64,000 bases of DNA from Haliotis cracherodii (taxonomy: Eukaryota): assembly GCF_022045235.1 (NCBI RefSeq), contig NW_027266286.1:44144001-44208000 (forward strand), written 5' to 3'. The notes under the pieces are model-generated. The model saw nothing but the letters and a program-made list of their open reading frames with translations. It was not told where the DNA came from and ran no database searches. The stretch's first letter is position 1; each line of letters opens with the position of its first letter. The position numbers and the translations under genes are program-made. This document shows, one piece after another, positions 25,601 through 37,600 of this stretch.

Positions 25601-28600
25601 TGAAACTGTGCATAAAATTACTTGTCCCCAATACTTTCCTGCTATTTTTGGCATACAAGTATTTGTAATATGTACATACCTTTGTATCTGATCTTTTAAT
25701 GATAAACGTTTATTTGCAGTTTTGGTTTACCATGATGTAATCTACATATTTTGGTATCATATAATAAATGAAATCTGTTTTGTGATAACCAGACTTCACA
25801 GGATCGGTTCAATATTATGTCAATATGGGGATTTTCTCACTGCTTTTCAATGGATGCGGCTATAGCTATTAAAGTGAAACTACTTTCCCTGAGAAATTAT
25901 TTCTGCTACATGGCTCCAGATAAGGACTGTATGTACAAGTGCAAATATATGAGATAAGATGTATGAATTAAGGAAAGGACCTGATATCTGTGTATGGCCA
26001 AAGCTTTATTTAAATGTTACTTTTATGTTTTGAGCAATATTCCCCTCAACCTCTTGACATCATCACCATAATAGCTTAGTGCTCACTGCTGCTACACAAC
26101 CTTGATATATAATATTCTTATATTTCTATTTAAGAAAACCAGATGTTCAGCCATTGCCTATTGGCAAACATGGATGAGCTGAATGAACTCTTAGCAGCTT
26201 TTCCAAAATCGAGCAACTGAGAGAGCACTGGTGAGTGGATTAAATTTCTTTAGATGTATCAAGTATGGGAAATTTACTCCAATTTTGATTCATATAGAAG
26301 ATCCGGGGTAGAAGATATCTAAGAAGATATCTTCAGCAACCCATGCTTGCCGTAAAAGGCACCTATGCTTGTCGTATGGGATGAGGCGACTAATGGGATC
26401 GGGAGGTGAGGCTCTCTGACTTGGTTGATGCATGTCATCGATCCCAATTGCATGGATTGATGCTCGTGATGATAATCACTGGATTGTCTGGTCCAGACTC
26501 AATTATTTACAGACCGCCGTCATATAGCTGGAATATTGCTGAGTGAGGCGTTAAACAACAAACCAAACCAACTGATACATGTTTCTGCTTGAAATATTTA
26601 TAAGCATATATTTAATATCATGTTTGCCCTATTAAGGGCCCCCTGACACTTACTATGGTAATCTTCCAAATGAAATTTCATGCTGACTTACTTTTGATGG
26701 ACATGCAAGAGAGATTGCACACCTAAAACTGTTCTCCAGCAAGACTGGAGGAGGGGGGTTATCATGTGGTTATTGGGGATGTTTATTGGGCTAAATTAAT
26801 AGGGTGATATGTCAGTTATAAAATCTTTTTTAATTGACATAAGAAACAGATTAGGGATCTACCATGCAATATTGGGAGGGGTTATGTTATTTGCGTATAT
26901 AATTACACATAATTCAATTTACTTATTTACACATATTATAAACTCATCAATTTACTTACTGGGATTCTGATAATTCTAGGGTGGGGCCTTCTGCTTTTAG
27001 CCCCTCCATTTGGAAAAAGGCTCACATTTTTAAATACAATGGGACATTTTAACATTGTGCTGTATGGGCAAGTGCAGGTGTACCTAGGGAATATATGAAA
27101 TTGTCACATAAAGGGCCCATGGCAGAAAATTCCTTGAGTGAACCCTGTATTTATTAACAGGTGTCAATACTTAAAATAATATATACACATATATGTAAGG
27201 TGGTGCATGTGAACAGGGTATTACTTATTCTATTATTCCATTATATTATCAATAGCTTGTTTTGACACACTTGTGAAGTCCATTACTCGTAATTGTGAGA
27301 GTGCATGCAATGACTTATAATATGCATTTTTTGCTATCATTTGTAAACAGAAGCTGAGGAGGAAGCCTGTAGCTGGGCTCTTACAAGCCACTGACAAGTA
27401 CATGGTGACCTGTGTAAAAGAATGGCTTCGAGTTCCAGGAGCAAGGCTTAGAAATGGCATAAGGAAAACGTGTACTGAAAAACAGAGGTGTAGATTGAGA
27501 ATCTGCAAACAAAAGTGCTGAATTGCAACGGAACAAAGAAATCCAAAAAGCTGGTGTTGACAACATATTTTTCACAGGGTTATGACCCTTGTTTTTGAAC
27601 TTGGAACATATACTGCCAGCTTCTCTTGGACACTACTGAAGTTAGTAAATGAAACTTTCCGTGCTTATCTAAGGTACAAACTCCAGAAGATGGTTATAAG
27701 AACTTATTTTGTATGGAGTTATGGCCTTTGCTTCATGCTTTTTTAACTTGATGAAATAGGGGGGAAAAGTTTGTCTCGCAAACGAATTTGAAGCCACATA
27801 AATGAAATTTTGCAGGCCAATATGAGGGGTACATGTTTAGACTGTGTTTTAAAACTGGTTTTGAGAATATATGTTTCATATCTGCCTTGTTGCAGGTAGT
27901 AACACTGTTTTCTTGTAAATAATAATTAATTAATAATAAAGTTTATTATTCTATTTTGCTCTTTGTGTTTATTTATAAGTATTAACTACACATGTATTGG
28001 GGTACATAAAAAATAGTACTGTAACTAGTGTAATCATTTCGATTGTTTTGTATAGCTAGAAGTATTTATATTACTTACATTTGGTTTTCAAAGTATTAAC
28101 TATGATAAAAAAATATTATCTTTTTAAAAATTCAGTATTTTTAGTTTTACCTTTTATCTTTGTAACTTTAACATCACAGCTAGTTGCAGCTTTTAGAAAT
28201 GTTTAGTTTTATGTACCCTAACACTACAATTGGAAAAGTTCTATTGTGGCATCATTTACATGAAATATTAAGATGAGATGTTGTCAGTTATGACTTCTGA
28301 TGACATCGGCCTATTTAAGACAATGGCAGATGGCAGATGCTGCGCTGATAATTGTTGTCGACATTGGGCCGATGTCCATCCGATGCTGATTCCATAACAG
28401 TTGCCTATTTCTGGCCGAAGGCTGGCCAGATAACTATTTACGACGTTGTGCCGATGTCGATCCGATGAGCAAAACTTCATCGGCCCGACAATGTTTACCG
28501 TCGCTGAGCCAATGCTGGGCCGGTGCATTGCCGATGCAGGGCCGATGATGTTTGCCGGCGTTGTGCCGATGTCGATCCGATGAGCAAAACTTCATCGGCC

Positions 28601-31600
28601 CGACAATGTCTGCCGACACTGGGCCGATGCTGGGCCGGAGCAGTGCCGATGCAGGGCCGATGATGTTTGCCGGCGTTGGGCCGATGTCGATCCGATGAGC
28701 AAAACTTCATCGGCCCGACAATGTTTGCCGACACTGGGCCGATGCTGGGCCGGTGCAGTGCCGATGCAGGGCCGATGACGTTTGCCGACGTTGGGCCGAT
28801 GTCGATCCGATGAGCAAAACTTCATCGGCCCGATGCAGTTTGCCGACGTTGGGCCGATGGTGTAGCCGACGTTGGGCCGATGCAGGGCCGATGATGGCAT
28901 GCTACCTGGGTTGTGAGCAAATGACAAATGCTAAAACAATTCTCTTGAGCACTTGTTAGTTGTTTGTTTTATTAACGCTCCACTTCATGTGACAAAAAGT
29001 CAGTAGAGGATTGTTGGTTTTATATACTGAGCTGTAGATAAGCTTTTGGTTATTTGGGTATTTTACCCAGGGTTTTGATTTTGATTAGATATTAGCCGTA
29101 GGACAATACGCCGATGCATTGCTGGATCGCGATTTTTTTTTACTTCTCAATACAAGTATAGATCACAATCGCACACTTAGTTAAAAGTATTGATTCTTGC
29201 CTTAAATGTATTCTTTAATAAATGTTACACCAAACTGCGCCATACTTGACACTGCCAACTGTAAATCATAGTGTGCCAGGTATTTGGCTATCCTGTCTAT
29301 GAAAAAGATGGCTTACGGACCACAGCTAAGAGCACATGCAAGTATCGTGATACATATTGGATCGTGAGCAAGGTATCGTGATACGTATCGGATCGCACAG
29401 TTGGTGTATCGTCCCAGCCCTATAGGGTATCCACAGTTTTAGAGGGTATTCAAATCTTTTTTACCCACCTGTTTCTTGACATTTGGGTATTTTAACTTAA
29501 AATCTGTTTCGTTACATTCCCCTTAAATCATTTAAAACTATGTGAATAGTTGTATACCCGCAATGAAAACCCGCTGATACACAATAATGTTTTCTAACAG
29601 TTGTAATATATGCTATCGTTTTATCTAATAGTTGTAATTTTATTTCAATAGCTTGTTTATTGATTTTGCTTTAAAAGAGTGAAAGAGAAAGAATTGCTAA
29701 CTATCAGATGCAATTCTTTTTCAGGCTTCCAAGTTTGCACATTGTCCTCCAAGAGTATTTTCTGGAATACAGCCAACTGGCATCCCTCACCTAGGCAACT
29801 ACGTTGGCGCCATTAAGAACTGGGTTCAGCTGCAGAAGAAGTATGATGATGTCATCTTCAGCATCGTAGACCTCCATTCAATAACAGTACCTCAGGATCC
29901 AGCTGGCCTCAGGTGTGACATCCTTACAAGCCTTGATGCTGTCATGTTTATAGGACCCGTGAAGATCCGGGGTAGAAGAGGTCTTCAGCAACCCATGCTT
30001 GCCGTAAAAGGCGACTATACTTGTCGTAAAAGGCGACTGACGGGATCGGGTGGTCAGGCTCACTGACTTTGTTGATGCATGTCATCGATCCCAATTGCGT
30101 GGATCGATGCTCATGATGTCAATCACTGGATTGTCTGGTCCAGACTCGATTATTTACAGACCGCCGTCATATAGCTGGAATATTGCTGAGTGCAGCGTTA
30201 AACAACAAACCAACCAAACCAATTTCATGTTTATAGAGGCACAGAGGTCCAGTCGGCCAATCTGCAATGAAGACTCCCCAGGACTCCCCAAATGTTGTTT
30301 CAAATCCTTACTCATTTTCTGTTTGTTCGCCCGACCAAGGCCCAGGTTTAATTCCCATATTGGCCATGATATTTCTAAAATTGACATAAAAACATACTTT
30401 ATCACTCACTCAGATGTTATGTCAATCACCATGGTAATGTTTCCTGTGAGAATTCATGGAAAAAACTTCAAAAGATTTACCATTTTTCTGAGAATATCTT
30501 TCAGTTCGAACCTGTGGGGATGCCAGTGCCCAGCACCCTATGTTTGTGATAGACACGACTAAATGGATCAGATGGCCAGACTCTGTTACGTGTTTGACTA
30601 CATGTCTTTGTATCTCAACTGTGTAGATCGATGTTCATGATGTCAATTACTAGATTTATTAGTCTTCTTCAGACTTGATTATTTACTGACTGTTGTTCAG
30701 TAGCTGGAATTTGCTGAGTACAGCATAAAACAACAAAGAAACAAAAAACAAAACCTTTAAAGTTCTACAGTCATAAAATCCGGGGTAGATAAGGTCTTCA
30801 GCATCCCATGCTTGCAGTAAATGGCGACTATGCTTGTCGTAAGAGGCGACTAACGAGTTTGGGTGGTCAGGCTCGCTGACCTGGTTGATGCATGTCATCG
30901 TATCCCAATTGCATAGATCAATGTCCATGATATCAATCACAGAATTATCTGGTCCAGACTCGATTATCTACAGCCGCCGTCATATAGCTGGAATATTGCT
31001 GAGTTTGGCTTAAACAACAAACAAACAAACAAACTCTAACTGCATGCCCTCAAGACCAGCATGTTTTGTTTCCAGGGAGAATGTCCTGGACATGACAGCC
31101 TGCCTGCTTGCATGTGGTATAGACCCAGGGAAAAGCATCCTCTTTCAGCAATCTGCAGTAAGTGTTATCAGTATTATCACACAGTTAGACTGTCATACCA
31201 AAGTCTCATGATGAAGATGATGAGGAGTCAATATACCAGGCAAGCCTTCAACATGTTCAAGATTAACTATCCATCGTCAGTGGCGGATCCAGAGGGGGGG
31301 TTCAGGGAGTGGCAACACCCGCCCCACCCTTTTTTTGTACATTTTGTATTCACATATCCTACTATATTAAGATGTTTATGTGGTCATTAAAGTAACCTTA
31401 TCAGTGTTTGAAATAATTTTAAAACCAACAAGACAGTCAGACATGTGGCCCATAAATGTTGCCTGCCCATCTTCAAGTTACCTGCTGGGCGGTCGGGTAG
31501 CCAAGTGGTTAAAGCGTTCGCTCGTCACGCCGAAGACCGGGGTTCGATTCCCGACATGGGTACAGTGTGTGAAGCCCATTTCTGGTGTCCCCCGCCGTGA

Positions 31601-34600
31601 TATTGCTGGAATATTGCTAAAAGTGGCGTAAAAAGACATACTCATTCACTCACTCACTCAAGTTACCTGCTCGTATTCAGACATTATAAATATTGAAAAA
31701 TCATGAAAAATAAGAGACATTCTCGTCCATGTTCAGTTGAAATTATGCAAACAATTAATTGAGAATCTACAAGGAGTTATAATAAAGCTGAAAACATGAG
31801 CAGTCTTAAAATTATCTGCCAAACAGTCTGGCAGGTGGAAGACAATTTCATGCAGCCCGACTGAAAAGTTACCAGCCACGGTTAGGCGGGCTGGCAGCTT
31901 CAGACACTATGAATTATTAACAAATGGCCCAAGTGAAATGCTCCGTCTTTTAGAATCCTGGATCCGCCCCTGCATTGTTGTCCATGGTGACTTCAATTAT
32001 GATATGTCTCCCATGTGCATAGACATTTAGCAAGTTATAGTAGATTGAAACAGTGAGTGAGTGAGTTTGGTATGATGCTACTTTGATCAGCATTTTAAGT
32101 TAAACATTGGTTCTTCAGCTTGATGTGGGAAGAAAACTCAAAGTAAGACATATTTTAGACATTTTACCAAGAAAAATAATCAGGGTGGGAATCCAAAACC
32201 ATGAGCATTTGTTTCTGTTAAGCCTAAGGGACACAACTCTACCCAATGCTAATTGGGCTTAGTGTTAAGTCTGGAAGGTAATTTAAGGTACCAACGTTTA
32301 CTACAATATCTGAAAAACTATAGCTAAATAAACAGATTTTTTATTCATGCACTGATTGTCTTTAAATGTAATATTCAGTTATGTATGACTGTTTAATAAT
32401 CTCATACCAACTTTGACTGGAGTAGGTCCGATAGTTTTTCAGATATTGTAGTAAACGAAGGTACCTTAAATTACCTTCCAAACTATAAGACAGATTTACT
32501 TCCGTAAGGTGAATTCGACTTCCTGAACATAATGTATGTGGGGACCTGTGTTAGAAAACTATAGGTTTGGTCGTGGTAATTGCCAGGGTGGCACTGATCT
32601 TTCCTCATGATTTCAGTCACTGGTTTATCTTGTCCAGACATCGAGAGGCCACCATCATGTAGCAATAATATTGCAGGCTATCGGGTATAACAACATTCAT
32701 ACCCCCACTAAGTGTGTCACGATGACCCTGTGTTTTTTCACTGGTTAATCAACACTGATGATGGACCAGTTAACTGAAGCAGACCAAAAATCCCTGTAAT
32801 TCTCACATCCAAAAGCATGATATAAGGGAATATCTTTATTGTGCTGTTAGTACATTGTACATCACTGTCTTTAGCCATGGCAACTCCTCAGGGGACTTGA
32901 TGGGGAATATTAAGAGCTGTGCAAAATGATATGGTAAGTTTATTGCCATCTTCCCGATACAGAGAGTTAACTGACTATAGAAGTCCTGTGTCCACCCTTG
33001 CCAAACTTGACTGGAATTTCAGAGTTATATTTTGGCTGGCCCAGCAAGTCTATGCATCATCCAATCAAAATCGTGTAACTAAATTGATATCCGGTTCATA
33101 AACATGGCTACTGACAGGCAGATTTTGGTCGATTTCAAGATTTGCAACTGGGCGTCGACAGATATTTTCCAAATCTTTTCATGTTCTTAATTAACGTGCT
33201 CAAATGATTTGATACACTTCGCGAGAATAAATCTATTATATTACAAGAAAAATATTGATTATCGATCAGATTGTCTTGACAGGGCACCACTATTCTGATT
33301 AAATCAAATGCAAGGGATATGAGAGGTGGAATCTGATTTGTCAGTAGGAGGGATATTGAAGGGACATAACTCAAGCCCTACTCACTCACAATCTCTCTAT
33401 AAAGTGTACTTGTATATGTTAATCAGGTGTCTCAGCATGCAGAGCTGAACTGGATATTGAGCAGCCTGTGTACTCTACCTCGACTCAGTCATCTGCCCCA
33501 GTGGAGGGTAAGTGTCGTCACATTCTCGTCATAGATGGTCGGCTCAGAGTCTGTATAATGTGTCTGAATGGACCATCCATATTAAACTATGTCATGGTAT
33601 CTCAGTGGACCTACACTTTAAAACTGGCATATGTCTGGACTAGTACAAGCAGCCACACACACACATGCCTGCACATTGCTGTACATGGTAAATAGACCCG
33701 TGAAGATCCAGGGTAGAATTAGGTCTTCAGCAACCCATGCTTGCCGTAAAAGGCGACTATGCTTGTCATAAGAGGTAACTAATGGGATCGGGTGGTCAGA
33801 ATTGATTGATGCATGTCATCGATCCTAATTGTGTGGATCGATGCTCATGGCTGTCAACCACTGGATTGTCTGGTCCAGACTCGATTATTTACAGACTGCC
33901 GTCATATGGCTGGAATATTGAGGAGTGTGGCATTAAACAACAAACAAACAAGATGTCAAATAATTCTTAAAGCTACATTAAACCCCATTTCACCTCACCT
34001 CACCCTGCCACACCCCACCTCGCCCCACCCAAGATTGTCATGCCGCCTTGTGAAAACAAATGATGAAGTCATGCATTTTACCATGTTGCAGAATTCCATG
34101 ATGCTCCTACATGATGGGGTGAGGTGAAATTGGGTTTAATGTCGCGTCCAAGGTTATTGCACTTATAAAGCGATGTGAATGTATGTGTGTGTGTTTTTGT
34201 GGCTGCTTGTACTAGTCAGGACTGATGCCGATTTATAGTGCTAGCCCACTGAGATACCATGCCGCAGTTTAACATGAATACCCCACTCAGACACAGTATA
34301 CTGATTCCAAGCCGACTAGTCCTTGTTTTAGCCCCTTTATGCAGAGCACCAGACAGGGTAACAACAAGTACCATCTTTTAACGTCTTTTGGTATGACGCG
34401 GCCGGGGATTGAACCCCAGACCTTCCGCTCTCCGGGTGGACGCTCTACCACTAGACCACGGAGACGGTCCCTTACATGACAACATTACTGGTGTATCAGA
34501 TGGGTTTTTGTTTATGATAGCTTGTTAAAACTTCTCTCATTCATGATATGGACAGCCTCTGTGGTCTAGAGGAAGAGTTTCCCGCCCAGAGAGCGGAAAG

Positions 34601-37600
34601 TTCAGGGTTTGATCCCCGACCATGTCAGACCAAAAGACCTTAAAAGATGGTACTTCTTGTTGTCCTGCCTGGCTCAACAAGGATTGGTCAGCTCAGAGTC
34701 AGTACACTGTCTAAGTGGGGTATTCATGCTAAAGGGCGACATGGTATCTAAGTGGGCTAGCTCTATAAAATTGGCATTATTCCGGACTAGTACAAGCAGA
34801 TATGCACACACATGCATGCACATCGCTATATAAGTGCAATAATCTTGGACGTGGCTTTAAGCCCAATTTCACCCCACCTCACCTTGATATTGATTTTGTT
34901 TTGCTTCAGGAGAAATCTGAAAGGCTGAAGGACCCCAGTGTTGGTCTGTTCACCTACCCTATCCTCCAGACAGCTGACATCATCCTGTACAAGTAGGTTC
35001 TCTCCACTGAATCAAGTCACATGGATGTAACTCCATTCCTTAATGCAAGGGGCAGTGGGGTAGCTTTGTGGTTAAAGCATTCGCTCATCACGCAGAAGGC
35101 CCAGGTTCTATTCCTCGCATGGTTACAATGTGTGAAGCCCATTTCTGGTGTCCCCCCCCCCCTGATTTTCCTGGAATATTGTTAAAATCAGCGTAAATTC
35201 TTATCCACTAACTCACTCATTAATGCAAGGTAGCACACAAGCCCGAGTGGCACTGCAGCCTTCTGCAGAGCAAAACAGGTTGACCTGTGGCGGTTTTCTA
35301 TAAATCTCATTAAATTCAGATGCTTTCCTCCATGTACTCTGATATGGTATCTCTGTCTTTTAAGATCATTTTATTCAGAACTTTTCTTTTTTTTCCCCAA
35401 ATCCCAAAAGGGCTGATATGGGGGTCTCGTGTTGATATGGGGGTCTCAGGTTGATATCGGGTATGATATGAAGCAGTCTTCTAATGACCTCTAAATATCA
35501 TTACCTTGGGAAAAAAGAAAGCTGCTCATGCTATCACCCACTGGTTTCACTGGTTTATTTGAAGGCTGTAATGATATACATTGAATATTGTTGCCTGCAG
35601 TTTGTAGCATTCAAATTGTCTATGAATCAGATACATACAAGACCCGTGAAGATCCGGGGTAGAATAGGTCTTCAGCAACCCATGCTTGTCGTAAAAGGCG
35701 ACTCTGCTTGTCGTAAAAAGGCGACTAACAGGATCGGGTGGTCAGACTTGCTGACTTGGTTTATGCATGTCATGGGTCCCAATTGCGCAATCACTGTATT
35801 TTCTGGTCCAGACTCAATTATTTACAGACCGCCGTCATATAGCTGTAATATTGCTGAATGCTGCGTTAAACAACAAACAAATAAACAAACAAAAGATACA
35901 TACAAATTACATAACACTTACCATTTTGACTTGGGATATACAACCCAAATAAATTAAAGAACACACGACTAAATTTAATCTATCATGCTATAACAGATTA
36001 ACAATAGAAATGAATGAAAGGACCAGATGTTCTTTAACTTCTTTCGAGTAGTATACAGTCAAATCCCCGTTATATCGATCCTAGCGGGACTGTGTTGCAC
36101 CTTTGAGATATCCAGACTTTTGAGATAACTAGGCATGAACATTATATTGTAAGACCGTCGTGACCAGAGAATAGGTATGTTCGAGATAACCAGGTTCAAG
36201 ATTACAAGGTTCGAGATAACGTGCTTCGACTAAATATGAATGACTATGGTATATGTGCTGTTCTGCGTATTATGTCATGGACTTTGATACCCAAAATACA
36301 GCTGTAGTGATGATTTTATACTAGGCCAGTGTGGTCAAGAGTTTTGTTTGTTTGCTTGTTGTTTAACGCAGCACTTAGCAATATTCCAGATATATGACGG
36401 CAGTCAGAAAATAATCAATAGTGAACCAGACAATCCTGTGATCGACATTATGAGTATCAATCTACGTAATTGGGAAATGGTGACATGCATCAACCATGAT
36501 GTCACTCAGCATAACCATTAGATCTATATTCTTTCCTGGAAATCCCATGGGTAATTGGTGCATTGATGACTAGTTGCAGGTTGAACACAACTTAATGTTT
36601 TCCATAGACTTCTATAGTAACGTTATATTTTGAAAAGAAATTAACCAAGCATTCACCATTGCATGTACATGTGTGCACAGCCTGGCCTTAACCATGTTAA
36701 CACAGCAATAAAAATAAAGTACCTGACTGGCTTAATTCTTTTTCAGCCCCACATCCTCACCAAATGTCACTTGCTACCAAAAACATCTGTAGTCACATTC
36801 AGCATAAGACACCACTAAATAAAGAAAAACATGGTCTTTTAAAATCACTGGATGGATGTACATTGAATCTCATTAAAATCAGATCTTAGTTCTCGCTACC
36901 GCTAAACAAAGATCTGAGGACATCCCATTACGGGTTGAGTCAGAGCGACCTTGCGCGAACTTTGACCGACCAATGGAATGACCAATCAGAAGGCAGCTTT
37001 CTCGTGCTTTACGGCACTAATTTGAAATTGGCGACTACACTTCGAAACATATTTTGACAAATTCTCGATTACAAATTTGAAACCTGAACAAAAGAACATT
37101 CTGGAATGGCTAATGGATGGTCTAGATTTTATGGACTCAGTGGTTAAACCCGTTAATATTGTTCGGAGTTAAAGTTTTCGAGGTTGCATGATTAGAAATC
37201 ACATTCCGACTGTCACTTTCATAATCTGGTAAGCGATGCTCTTATTGGTCGTATGAAAGGTCGTTCTGACGTGACCCCAAATGGGATGTCCTCAGATCTT
37301 TGTTTAGCGGAAACGAGAACTGAGGTCTGATTTTAATGAGATTGGATGTACATTGAAAAACATATAAATCTTACCCAAAATCCTCAAATCACATCTGCCA
37401 GATGAGTCAATCTGCACTGGAGGCTCGCTACAAAAACTGTTGGTCGGATGCTGATTCTGATGTGGTGAAGAACCTGTGCAGTCTTTGCGTTGTTGAGTCA
37501 TACAGAGAATCAGTAACTTGTCAAAACAAATCAGAAACAGAATGAAGTGGTTATTTGGAGCATGTCATCTTGAAGAAATCTAATGACCCTACTTTGTATC

